A DNA stretch of 32,000 nucleotides from Nostoc sp. PCC 7120 = FACHB-418 (GCF_000009705.1 NC_003272.1:1980001-2012000); one strand, 5' to 3'; positions 16,311-25,502 are shown, counted from the stretch's first letter. The notes: generated by a model from the sequence alone, not told the origin. A program made the numbers and translations.

Positions 16311-18554
16311 GTGCTTTCTCATTCTATTTGGATTGTTGGTAGTAGCCGTAGTGGCAAGACTACTCGTTTGGTAAGACAATTTTGTGATTGGGTGCAACAT
16401 GACAACCAAGTTCATGAATTATTTTATACTAAAAAAGCAAAATTAAAAGCAAGCACATCTTTATCTTTATCTTGGGATATTCAACAAGCTAAACCGGGAG
16501 TTTTAGTTTTATCGGCGAATGATGATAATCGCCGAGATTTAGGTGACAAAATTGTTACTAATACTCAAGGTAAATACCCAATTCGGGTAAAAACACCACT
16601 AGGATTTTTTCAGGATGACATTATCTTATTTTGGCCTTTGCTGATTCAATTGTTGAATCTAAAGGCACAATTTCCTGTAAGATTGCGCCCAGAAACAGAG
16701 CAAGAACTGGCAACAAAACTCTGGCGATCGCATTTAGATGAAGAAATATTACGACGTGCGGGAGTGAATGAATATCGTTTGGTCAGACGTATTTTGGACT
16801 TGATGCAGCTAGCGGCTTATAGTGGTATCCCTTGTGAAAACATTGCTCAGGTTTTGCAAACAGGCTTAGAGGATAATAACGTTAATTTAGAACCGGAATT
16901 TTTGGCATCTTTATTACTAGATTGGCGCAATTGGTGCTTAGAACGAGGATTACTGACTTATGGCATTATTACTGAACTTTACAGTCAGCACTTGTTAAAC
17001 CATGAGCATTACCAGCAACACCTAGCTAAAAGATATCAAGCTGTGCTAGCCGATGATGTGGATGAATATCCTAGTGTAGTGCGGAAATTATTTGAGTTGT
17101 TGTTAGATCAAGGAGCGATCGCCGCTTTTAGTTACAATCCTGATGGTGGAGTGCGCTTAGGACTGGGAGCTGATCCCGAATATATGGCAGGATTGGCTAG
17201 ACGCTGCCAAATCGAAACCTTGATGGGATTGGCACCAGCATCATTGGCAGATAGACTAGCAACACCAATGATCGAATCCCTCAGCGAACCAATAATATTA
17301 TCGTCGGGTTTACCACCGATGGTGCAATCAGTCCAAACCACATCCCGCGCCCAACTATTACGGCAAACATCCGAAGTAATTGTCAACGCCATTAAGTCAG
17401 GGGAAGTACAACCAGAACAGGTGGCAATTATCGCCCCTGGTTTAGATGCGATCGCCCGCTATACACTAACAGAAATCCTTACCAAACAAAATATCCCCGT
17501 CGAATCCCTCAACGACCAACGCCCCCTCATTAGTTCGCCACCCATCAGAGCGTTGCTCACCATGCTGGCGCTAGTTTATCCAGGTTTGGGACGCTTAGTA
17601 GACCGGGATGCAGTAGCTGAGATGCTAGTTGTCTTAAGTAGAAAACCAGAACCCCCCGAAACCCTAACAACACCCCCCAGTCCCCAGTCCCCAGTCCCCA
17701 GTCCTCAATCCCCAGTCCCCACCAAAATCGACCCAGTACGAGCAGGATTAATCGCTGACTATTGTTTTGTCCCCCATCCCGACCATCCCAACTTACTACC
17801 AGTAACAAGCTTTGAACGGTGGGATCGGATTGGTTACGCAGCCACCACAGCCTATAGTGAGATATTACAGTGGTTAGAGGAGCAGCGATCGCAACAAGAA
17901 CTGCGCCTGATTCCCAGCCCCATTTCCCTATTAGATAGAGCAATTCAACGCTTTTTATGGAATGGCAGCAACCTACCCTATGATCAGTTAGCCGCACTAC
18001 GAGAATTATTAGAGACAGCCCAGCATTATTGGGAAATTGACACTAGGTTACGGCAAAGTAGAAAAGTAGGAGAGACAAAAGAAGAATTGATTCCGCAGGA
18101 TTCCCCAGTCAACGCACCCATCGTAGAATTTATTCAACTGCTAAGACGGGGTACAATTACCGCCAACCCTTACCCCTTACGTCCCATTGGCTCAGTGAAA
18201 AAAGCTGTCACCATTGCCACCATTTTCCAATATCGTTCTAGTCGAAGATTTCACCAGTGGCATTTTTGGCTGGATGCAGGTTCTCCCCTGTGGGCAAAAG
18301 GTGGTGCAGCTACCTTATTCGGTGCGCCATTTTTCTTACAAGATAGGTTAGGACAACCTTGGACAGCAGAAGATGAAAAATTAGCAGAACAAACTCGACT
18401 AGAAAGAATTTTGACTGATTTGCTATCTCGTGTATCACAGAAAATTTATCTCTGTCATAGTGATTTAGCTGTGAATGGACAAGAGCAACTAGGCCCTCTA
18501 CTACCCTTAGTCCATGCTTCAGTATCGATGGAATTAGAAACTGCGGAAAGTTAA
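16311..18554 (+). CDS. Uncharacterised 747-aa P-loop NTPase (UvrD/AddB-like Walker A and DExx-like motifs)
   Basis: GTG start. Walker A is VGSSRSGKTT and the Walker-B-like motif is VLADDVDEYP. The long ORF has consistent coding character, but its function is not recognisable by eye. Confidence 0.6.
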   Translation: MLSHSIWIVGSSRSGKTTRLVRQFCDWVQHDNQVHELFYTKKAKLKASTSLSLSWDIQQAKPGVLVLSANDDNRRDLGDKIVTNTQGKYPIRVKTPLGFFQDDIILFWPLLIQLLNLKAQFPVRLRPETEQELATKLWRSHLDEEILRRAGVNEYRLVRRILDLMQLAAYSGIPCENIAQVLQTGLEDNNVNLEPEFLASLLLDWRNWCLERGLLTYGIITELYSQHLLNHEHYQQHLAKRYQAVLADDVDEYPSVVRKLFELLLDQGAIAAFSYNPDGGVRLGLGADPEYMAGLARRCQIETLMGLAPASLADRLATPMIESLSEPIILSSGLPPMVQSVQTTSRAQLLRQTSEVIVNAIKSGEVQPEQVAIIAPGLDAIARYTLTEILTKQNIPVESLNDQRPLISSPPIRALLTMLALVYPGLGRLVDRDAVAEMLVVLSRKPEPPETLTTPPSPQSPVPSPQSPVPTKIDPVRAGLIADYCFVPHPDHPNLLPVTSFERWDRIGYAATTAYSEILQWLEEQRSQQELRLIPSPISLLDRAIQRFLWNGSNLPYDQLAALRELLETAQHYWEIDTRLRQSRKVGETKEELIPQDSPVNAPIVEFIQLLRRGTITANPYPLRPIGSVKKAVTIATIFQYRSSRRFHQWHFWLDAGSPLWAKGGAATLFGAPFFLQDRLGQPWTAEDEKLAEQTRLERILTDLLSRVSQKIYLCHSDLAVNGQEQLGPLLPLVHASVSMELETAES
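17675..17716. repeat. STRR1-type heptamer array, 6 units (CCCCAGT x4, CCTCAAT, CCCCAGT), inside the 16311-18554 CDS
   Basis: Counted unit by unit. 42 nt equals 14 codons, translating to the repeated SPQSPVP. Confidence 0.85.
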
Positions 18555-18562
18555 CCATAAGA

Positions 18563-18602
18563 GGCAGGGGGAGCAGGTTTCTTCTGGCTCCCTGCCCCTT
18601 TT
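18563..18602 (+). terminator. Rho-independent terminator of the 16311-18554 gene
   Basis: GC-rich stem GGCAGGGGGAGC / GCTCCCTGCC followed by CCTTTT, starting 9 nt after the stop codon. Confidence 0.6.
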
Positions 18603-18774
18603 ACTCTTGTGTGGAGGGGAACATGGGAAAAGCTCAATCCCTGTCTTCCCCTTGTCACCCTGCCCCCTGCCCCTTTTCCTCTTCTTGACTCCCCAGAAAA
18701 ATGACTGGGGATGGCAGAAGGCTTAAAATATTAAGTAAATTAAAGATGTATGTAAAAACACAGACTCAAAATCA

Positions 18775-19443
18775 ATGGCACTATTTGGATTTGGTAAAAA
18801 ATTAGCGTTGCCCACCCCTGAAAAAGCCTTACCTGGAAGGGCGCAAATTATGCCTGTACCGGCTAACCACTATGTCAACAAGAACCCACTAAAACCTCCT
18901 TTTCCTGACGGTTTTGAGAAAGCCTTATTTGGTTTGGGTTGTTTTTGGGGTGCAGAGCGTAAGTTTTGGCAGCAGCAGGGGGTTTACAGCACAGCTGTTG
19001 GTTATGCGGCTGGTTTTACTCCCAACCCCACCTATGACGAAGTATGTACAGGCTTGACAGGTCACAACGAAGTTGTATTGGTAGTATTTGACCCCAAGGT
19101 AATTAGTTACACTCAGCTACTTAAAGTCTTTTGGGAAAGCCACAACCCTACTCAAGGAATGCGCCAAGGTAATGACGTGGGGACTCAGTATCGTTCAGGT
19201 ATTTACGTCTATTCAGAGGCGCAAAAACAGCTAGCAGAAGCTTCACGCGACGCTTATCAGCAAGCTCTCAGCAGTGCAGGGTATGAAAAGATTACAACAG
19301 AAATCCTAGATGCACCAGAGTTCTACTACGCGGAAGCTTATCATCAGCAGTACCTAGCGAAAAACCCCAATGGTTATTGTGGTTTAGGTGGGACGAATGT
19401 TGCTTGTCCTGTGGGTGTGTTTGAATCTTCCGCAAATGGGTAG
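18775..19443 (+). CDS. msrA: Peptide-methionine (S)-S-oxide reductase
   Basis: 222 aa with the GLGCFWG active-site motif and overall MsrA-like sequence ([10 protein letters not shown]..., [13 protein letters not shown]). Confidence 0.95.
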   Translation: MALFGFGKKLALPTPEKALPGRAQIMPVPANHYVNKNPLKPPFPDGFEKALFGLGCFWGAERKFWQQQGVYSTAVGYAAGFTPNPTYDEVCTGLTGHNEVVLVVFDPKVISYTQLLKVFWESHNPTQGMRQGNDVGTQYRSGIYVYSEAQKQLAEASRDAYQQALSSAGYEKITTEILDAPEFYYAEAYHQQYLAKNPNGYCGLGGTNVACPVGVFESSANG

Positions 19444-19453
19444 GAAAGGTAAT

Positions 19454-19500
19454 CAATTCAAAATACCCTATGGGTACGCTTAGGGAACAACAAAAAATAA
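19454..19500. repeat. Stop-codon-proximal repeat (CAATTCAAAATACCCTATGGGTACGCTTAGGG...), same family as 7524 and 20897
   Basis: Starts 11 nt after the msrA stop and contains a CCCTA/TAGGG hairpin. Confidence 0.45.
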
Positions 19501-19522
19501 ATTATCCGAAATTGATGGTTTG

Positions 19523-19587
19523 GTAGGGTGCGTCAGTACCATATAACCTAACTATACTCAGAAATTATCCATACTGACGCACCCTAC
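19523..19587. mobile_element. 65-bp MITE-like element with perfect 16-bp terminal inverted repeats (GTAGGGTGCGTCAGTA / TACTGACGCACCCTAC)
   Basis: TIRs read directly. A second, degenerate and inverted copy lies at 9287-9350. Confidence 0.7.
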
Positions 19588-19668
19588 ATTTTGGATATTT
19601 TTTGATCTGGAAGTCCCTTATCAAAATACCAGCGATCGCCTAACATCGCTAATAGACTGGGAAAAATT

Positions 19669-19748
19669 AAGGGTGTAGGGGTGTAAATTTTTAAAACCCT
19701 TACACCCTTATACCCAGTCTCAACAGATAACTTGAGTGCGTAAGTCCT
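19669..19748. repeat. Truncated copy of the AGGACTTACGCA-TIR element (right half only)
   Basis: Ends in TGCGTAAGTCCT (19737-19748) and shares the interior ...CCCTTACACCC...CTCAACAGA[TC]AAC...TGCGTAAGTCCT with 27555-27695. No left TIR was found. Confidence 0.55.
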
Positions 19749-20047
19749 AACACATAGCACCGTAAATTTTCTACTGCAATAATTTATTTGCTAAATTTCC
19801 CGATTGATCCAGTAATTAACTGTTAATTAAACCGTGGGTAAAAGAGATCAGCACGTCAATTGATCATGATAATTTTAGGTTTTTGATTTTTGATGAAAAG
19901 ACTTTATTCAATCTAAAATCAACAATCTAAACTCCAAAATTCATTGACTCAGGATATCTGGATACAGTAAGAACCAATATTTAGTTGGATAATTGACTGA
20001 GTTTGGTACTAATTTTATCCAGTTATCATAGCGGTTTAGAGCAAGTT

Positions 20048-20890
20048 ATGAAACGGTGGTTATTGGAGCAAGGGCGGGTGAAGTTAAAAAGAGTATTAAC
20101 TATAGGTGTGCTTACCGCACTGAGCGCAATTACCAGCGTTTCCTGTAGTAATAATAAAGAAGTGTTGGTAACAGAAATAGGAGTAAATCCTCCTAGCCGT
20201 CGGACAACCAACAATTCTCAAGCTGGGCAATTTTACGTTCAAGGGCAAAGACAGCACGCTCAAGGTGATTCACAAGCGGCGATCGCCTCCTATGATAAAG
20301 CGATTGGTTTAGATCCTGACTATAGCGCTGCCTATAGGGGACGAGGATTAGCTTACTTTGATTTGGGAGACAAACAAAAAGCGATCGCCGACTACAACGA
20401 AGCCATTCGCCTTTCCCCCAACGATGCCGAAGCCTTTAACAGCAGGGGAAACGCCCGCGCCTCTCTAGGTGATAACGCCGGAGCGATTACCGACTACAAC
20501 GAAGCTATTCGCCTTTCCCCCAACTACGCCGAAGCCTACAATAACCGAGGCAATGCTCGTTCTGTCCAAGGGGACAAACAAGGAGCGCTGGAAGACTTTA
20601 ACCAAGCCATTCGCCTCAACCCCAAATATGCGATCGCCTACAACAACCGAGGTAATGCCCGTGCATCCCAGGGGGATAGGCAAGGAGCCATATCAGACTA
20701 CAATCAAGCCATTCGCCTCAATTCTAACTTTGGCCCTGCATATAATAATCGAGGCAATGCCCGTGCAGCCCAAGGTGACAGACAAGGAGCGCTGGAAGAT
20801 TTGCAAAAAGCAGCAGATATCTTCCAGCGACAAAACAATAACGACTTGTACCAGCAAGCGATGAATAATATCAAAGAGTTGGGGCAGTAG
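20048..20890 (+). CDS. TPR-repeat protein, probable lipoprotein
   Basis: I prefer ATG at 20048 over the TTG at 20003 in the ORF track. It has a signal peptide ending SVSC (lipobox-like Cys). About six 34-aa TPR units carry the recurring DYN[EQ]AIRL.P.YA.AYNNRGNAR..QGD.QGA. Confidence 0.85.
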   Translation: MKRWLLEQGRVKLKRVLTIGVLTALSAITSVSCSNNKEVLVTEIGVNPPSRRTTNNSQAGQFYVQGQRQHAQGDSQAAIASYDKAIGLDPDYSAAYRGRGLAYFDLGDKQKAIADYNEAIRLSPNDAEAFNSRGNARASLGDNAGAITDYNEAIRLSPNYAEAYNNRGNARSVQGDKQGALEDFNQAIRLNPKYAIAYNNRGNARASQGDRQGAISDYNQAIRLNSNFGPAYNNRGNARAAQGDRQGALEDLQKAADIFQRQNNNDLYQQAMNNIKELGQ

Positions 20891-20896
20891 TAATAT

Positions 20897-20944
20897 CAAT
20901 TCAAAATAGCCTACGGCAAGGCTACGCCAACAAAATTAAGAATT
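20897..20944. repeat. Stop-codon-proximal repeat (CAATTCAAAATAGCCTACGGCAAGGCTACGCCAAC...) with TAGCCT/AGGCTA hairpin
   Basis: Fills the 58-nt gap between the convergent TPR gene and the symporter gene. Confidence 0.5.
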
Positions 20945-20948
20945 ACTC

Positions 20949-22625
20949 CTAATGCCCAATTGGTTGCACGTCTTCTTCAATAGACGGTGAACGTAAATCT
21001 TCTACCATCGCCTGAATTTCGGCTGGTGGCGGTGGGGTGAGGCGCGAAACTACGAGTGTCACTAATAGATTAATCAACATACCCAACGTGCCAATTCCTT
21101 CAGGAGATACGCCAAAAAACCAAGGCTGCATACCTCCAAACTTCACACCAATGATGTAAACGATTGTAAAAATTAACCCCGACAACATCCCAGCGATCGC
21201 CCCTTCGGAATTGGTACGCTTGTCGAAAATTCCGAGTACAATAACTGGGAAGAAGCTTGCAGCCGCTAAACCAAAGGCAAAAGCTACTACTTCACTCACA
21301 AACCCCGGTGGATTTACACCAAAGTAGCCAGCGAGAACAACAGACAAACCCACCATGACGCGCCCAACAAACACTCGTTTCTTTTCCGAAGCGCTGGAAT
21401 CGAGGATACGGTAATAAATATCGTGGGCTACGGAACTAGAAATTACGAGTAATAATCCTGATGCTGTCGATAAAGCAGCCGCCAAACCACCAGCCGCAAC
21501 CAAAGCAATTACCCAAGGTGCTAGTTTTGCTATCTCTGGTGTAGACAGCACGATGATATCCCGGTCAATGGTAATTTCATTGGTGTCTTTTTTGGGGGTT
21601 AACTGGAGACGACCATCATTATTTTTGTCTTCAAACTTCAGCAATCCAGTTTTTTCCCATTTATTCGCCCAGTCTAGCTGTTGTACTTCTGTAATCGTTT
21701 GATTGTGCAGGGTAGTAATTAAGTTGTAACGGGCAAACATAGAAAGCGCCGGCGCTGTGGTGTAGAGAATGGCAATAAATAACAACGCCCAACCAGCTGA
21801 AAATCTGGCGGCGCGGACACTGGGAACTGTGTAAAATCTGACGATGATATGAGGTAAGCCAGCAGTACCTACCATTAAGGCGATTGTGGTGAACAGTACA
21901 TCCAGCATTGTCTTGTTGACAAAAGGCTGGGTATATTCTTGAAATCCTAAATCTACTTGGATTTGATTCAGCTTCGTAGCAACATCGCTAAAAGTAAATG
22001 CTAACTGAGGAATGGGATTGCCTGTGAGTTTCCAGGCGATCGCGATCGCTGGAATCAAGTAAGCTAAAATCAACACCCCATATTGGGCTACTTGTGTCCA
22101 AGTAATACCTTTCATTCCCCCCAACACAGCAAAAAAGCCGACAATCACCATCCCGATGATGACCCCTGTGTTAATGTCAACTTGCAAAAAGCGGCTGAAA
22201 ACAATACCCACACCGCGCATTTGCCCAGCAACATAAGTGAGGGAAACAAAAATTGCGGCTACCACTGCCACTAGACGCGCCACATTAGAATAATAGCGAT
22301 CGCCTACAAAATCTGGCACAGTATACTTACCAAATTTACGCAGATATGGAGCTAATAATAATGCCAGCAGCACGTAGCCACCAGTCCAGCCTATGAGGTA
22401 AATAGAACCGTCATAACCCAAAAAAGAAATCAGCCCCGCCATTGAAATAAACGAAGCGGCAGACATCCAATCGGCGGCGGTGGCTGCACCATTAGCAATG
22501 GAAGGAATACCTTGACCTGCCACAAAAAAGTCTTTGCTACTCTTGACTCGTGATTGCCAACCAATATAGATGTAGGCAACAAATGAGAGTCCAACTATGA
22601 GAATCGTCCAAATTTCAACTGACAC
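20949..22625 (-). CDS. Sodium:solute symporter family (SSS) transporter, ActP/VC_2705-like
   Basis: 558 aa with GTG start and about 13 hydrophobic helices. It is paired with an upstream DUF4212-type small subunit, 9 nt apart. Confidence 0.85.
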   Translation of the reverse strand: MSVEIWTILIVGLSFVAYIYIGWQSRVKSSKDFFVAGQGIPSIANGAATAADWMSAASFISMAGLISFLGYDGSIYLIGWTGGYVLLALLLAPYLRKFGKYTVPDFVGDRYYSNVARLVAVVAAIFVSLTYVAGQMRGVGIVFSRFLQVDINTGVIIGMVIVGFFAVLGGMKGITWTQVAQYGVLILAYLIPAIAIAWKLTGNPIPQLAFTFSDVATKLNQIQVDLGFQEYTQPFVNKTMLDVLFTTIALMVGTAGLPHIIVRFYTVPSVRAARFSAGWALLFIAILYTTAPALSMFARYNLITTLHNQTITEVQQLDWANKWEKTGLLKFEDKNNDGRLQLTPKKDTNEITIDRDIIVLSTPEIAKLAPWVIALVAAGGLAAALSTASGLLLVISSSVAHDIYYRILDSSASEKKRVFVGRVMVGLSVVLAGYFGVNPPGFVSEVVAFAFGLAAASFFPVIVLGIFDKRTNSEGAIAGMLSGLIFTIVYIIGVKFGGMQPWFFGVSPEGIGTLGMLINLLVTLVVSRLTPPPPAEIQAMVEDLRSPSIEEDVQPIGH

Positions 22626-22634
22626 AGTTTTTCC

Positions 22635-22889
22635 TTACTTTTTAATATTATGTTTGCGGTCTAGCTTGTCCATTTGGAAAGCGTAAACAAAAATCAATAC
22701 CACAAACGTTAGGATTGATCCTTGCTGTGCCATCCAGAAGCCAAAAGGCACGCCAAAAAAACGTAGTCCATTTAATGGTTGAACTAACAGAATGCTGAAA
22801 ACTATGGAAACCAGCATCCAAATAATTAAAAGATTTCTAATTAAAGTTGTGTTAGCACGCCAATAAGAGTGCCGTTCATGTTCATTCAT
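22635..22889 (-). CDS. DUF4212-type small membrane protein (putative solute symporter subunit)
   Basis: 84 aa with two TM helices and a YWRANTTLI motif. It sits immediately upstream of the SSS transporter, the arrangement known for this family. Confidence 0.75.
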   Translation of the reverse strand: MNEHERHSYWRANTTLIRNLLIIWMLVSIVFSILLVQPLNGLRFFGVPFGFWMAQQGSILTFVVLIFVYAFQMDKLDRKHNIKK

Positions 22890-23047
22890 CTTGGTCTAGG
22901 GTCAGTGCATCAAAATAATACCAGTAACCCTTGATTACACCAGATAATCTTGTATAATTATTTATAATTTTTATTAAACTTTATCTAAAAAAACTAGTAA
23001 CTAAAGGCTAAAATTCAGTCATATTCTTAGAATATAACAAATTACAA

Positions 23048-23077
23048 AAATGCTTTGTCTCTCAATGCAAAGCATTT
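23048..23077 (-). terminator. Terminator-like hairpin (AAATGCTTTG / CAAAGCATTT) followed on the minus strand by TTTTTG
   Basis: 10-bp AT-rich stem with a 10-nt loop, read directly. It lies about 160-190 nt upstream of the DUF4212 start, so it is an attenuator or the 3' end of a small RNA. Confidence 0.35.
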
Positions 23078-23147
23078 CTTTAACATCTTAAACTTTGTTT
23101 CTGCTGCATATAGTAATCCGATTTGATTATTGAACAAACATAAGTAT

Positions 23148-23204
23148 CTGTAGACTGGGCAATGCCCATTAAAAACCTGACATGATTGGCAATACCCACC
23201 CTAC
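23148..23204. repeat. Palindromic Nostoc-type repeat (CTGTAGACTGGGCAATGCCCAT ... ATTGGCAATACCCACCCTAC), related to 3873-3927
   Basis: Imperfect inverted repeat sharing the ...CAATGCCCA... / ...TTGGCA.T.CCACCCTAC core with 3873-3927. Confidence 0.55.
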
Positions 23205-23283
23205 TTATAATTCACAAATCAAATAGTATTCCTATAGTCATTTCTGTTAAACTGCACTATCATGCTGAACTTTCTTGATAATT

Positions 23284-24402
23284 ATGAATGCACATATTAC
23301 AGAAAACCTATTTGCGGCTTTAAACATTGTTGTATTAGAGAGAATCGAGGCTGGATTATTTAAAATTATTAGTAATTTACCTAGTTGGTTTAGGGATTTT
23401 TGTCAGCAGAAATTCAGTTTAGGGATGGAGATTTCCATTCTGCAAGAAGAATTTTATTTTTTAGAAAACTTTCTGTTTGATGCCGAAGAATTTTGGAGTA
23501 CTAGTAATTGTAAAAACTTAACTTCGGGTATCTGGATACAAATAGATCCGCAAGGTAAAGAATATCAATTTGAAGCTCATGCAACTTTTGTCGAAGATAA
23601 AAAAATATTATTAATTGAAGTTTTAGAGGAAAGCTATAGACATAGGCAAAATATTATACAAGAGGCTCGACAACGGCAACTAAATTATCAACAATTGATA
23701 AAAAATAATCAAAAGCAAGAAATACTAATTCATTGTTTAATCCATGATATTGCGGGACAATTAAATGCTATGGTTGGGTGTTTATCTTTATTAGAATTTG
23801 AAAATTTAACTCCTCAGGGAAGAAATTATTTGGAAGTTTGTCAACAACAATCTTTCAATCAAGAAAATCTGATGAGAAAAGTTTTAGATACATTTTCTGC
23901 GGAAATGATAGCATTAGAAAATTTTGTTGTTGATGGTGAGGAAGCGCCAAATATTTTAGGTTGTATAAATGATGTCGTCGAAACCTTAAAACCTAGTTTT
24001 ACATTAAACAATATCAACTTAACGTTAGCTGATGCTATTGATCCTTTAGCAAACTGGAAAGTACAGGGAGATAAATCTCGTTTAGATAGAGTAATTTTTA
24101 ATATACTAGAAAATGCTGTCCGCTACAGCCCACCGGAGTCTACAGTAATTATCCGCTTACAATCAAAAGAAAATTATATATACGTTTCTGTAGATGATGA
24201 AGGCAGTGGAGTACCACTAGAAACGGTTAACACTTTATTTCAAAAGTTTTCTCAAGGTAAAGATAAAAGTAGTGGAAAATCTGGTTTAGGCCTTTATTTT
24301 TGCCGAATTACGGTTGAGCGTTGGGGGGGTAGTATTGGTTATGCTCCACGTAGTGAAGGTGGTTCTTGCTTTTGGTTTTGTCTACCAAGATTTTTATCTT
24401 AA
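23284..24402 (+). CDS. Sensor histidine kinase, soluble, orphan
   Basis: I prefer ATG at 23284 over the TTG at 23275 in the ORF track. It has an H-box (IHDIAGQLNAM), N box (NILENAVRYS), G1 (DDEGSGV) and G2 (GKSGLGLYFC). No response regulator is nearby. Confidence 0.85.
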   Translation: MNAHITENLFAALNIVVLERIEAGLFKIISNLPSWFRDFCQQKFSLGMEISILQEEFYFLENFLFDAEEFWSTSNCKNLTSGIWIQIDPQGKEYQFEAHATFVEDKKILLIEVLEESYRHRQNIIQEARQRQLNYQQLIKNNQKQEILIHCLIHDIAGQLNAMVGCLSLLEFENLTPQGRNYLEVCQQQSFNQENLMRKVLDTFSAEMIALENFVVDGEEAPNILGCINDVVETLKPSFTLNNINLTLADAIDPLANWKVQGDKSRLDRVIFNILENAVRYSPPESTVIIRLQSKENYIYVSVDDEGSGVPLETVNTLFQKFSQGKDKSSGKSGLGLYFCRITVERWGGSIGYAPRSEGGSCFWFCLPRFLS

Positions 24403-24433
24403 CCTTGACATTATCGGGTTATAGTTTGTCTCG

Positions 24434-24484
24434 TTGGTAATGGGTAATAGGTAATAGGTAATTAGTGTTATTTCCCATTACCAA
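24434..24484. repeat. Perfect 11-bp hairpin (TTGGTAATGGG / CCCATTACCAA) enclosing AGGTAAT heptamers, between convergent genes
   Basis: Arms at 24434-24444 and 24474-24484 read directly. It lies between the histidine kinase stop (24402) and the pyrB stop (24495). Confidence 0.6.
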
Positions 24485-24494
24485 TTACTGATGA

Positions 24495-25496
24495 TCAAGT
24501 CTTACCACTACCTATTAAATACAACAATGCCATGCGTACCGCTACGCCACTGGTAACTTGGGACTGAATCAAACTAAATTCTGGATCATCCATCAAATCG
24601 GAACTGATTTCTACACCACGGTTAACAGGGCCGGGATGTAAAACTTTGACATTTGGCTGACATAGTTGCAATTTAGCGCGGGTAATGCCAAACAATTGAT
24701 GATATTCTCGCAAACTAGGTAATAAATTAGCAGTCATACGCTCTTTTTGTAAGCGTAAAGTCATGACAAAATCAGCCTCTTGCAAAGCTGGTTCTAATTG
24801 CCAATGGATAAATAATTGTCCAGGAGGTGCTGTTTCTTCTCCAAAGATATACTCAGCAAAAAATTTGGGTAATAAAGTAGGTGGTGCGGCTAGATGCACT
24901 TGCGCGCCACTAGCAATTAAACTCCAAATATTGGATCGCGCTACACGGGAATGAAGAATATCACCAACGATCGCGATCTTTTTCCCTTGCAAAAGCTCTA
25001 ATCTAGGATTGGCCGGGTCGATTAAACTACAAATAGTAAATAAATCCAGTAGTCCTTGGGAGGGATGCTCATGTTGACCATCGCCAGCATTGAGGACACT
25101 AACACGTACACCTAAACGATCCATTTCTTGAGCGATCGCATTTGGTACACCTGCTTCTTTATGGCGGATCACCATAATATCAGTACCCATTGCCAAATAT
25201 GTCTTTGCTGTATCGAGAATTGTCTCTCCCTTGGTCATGGAAGAAGTAGACGCAGCAAAGTTTAGCGTATCTGCACTGAGGCGTTTAGCAGCAAGTTCAA
25301 AACTACTCCGAGTGCGCGTAGATGGTTCAAAAAACAAATTTGCCACCACCTGTCCCTGCAAAGCTGGTACTTTCTTTGTCCGCCGAGATAATACCTCTTG
25401 AAAACTGGCAGCAGTTTTTAAAACAATATCGTATTCAGCAGCAGTAAAGTCAGCTAAAGAAAGGACGTGGTGACGATTCCAAGTCGAAGTAGGCAT
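24495..25496 (-). CDS. pyrB: Aspartate carbamoyltransferase catalytic subunit
   Basis: 333 aa with the STRTR, HPSQ and HPGP signature motifs. Confidence 0.95.
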
Positions 25497-25502
25497 AACT
25501 GG

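Noticed and set aside
17132-18558. Three antisense ORFs (17132-17392, 17557-17997, 18310-18558) inside the 747-aa P-loop gene
   Set aside because: All are embedded in a long, coherent sense ORF. One is again the mirror of the Pro-rich heptamer tract. None has a motif or start context.
20465-20899. Alternative-frame and antisense ORFs across the TPR gene (20469-20864 +, 20465-20683 -, 20693-20899 -)
   Set aside because: They stay open only because the 102-nt TPR units repeat, and their products are low-complexity. The TPR frame has clear 34-aa periodicity.
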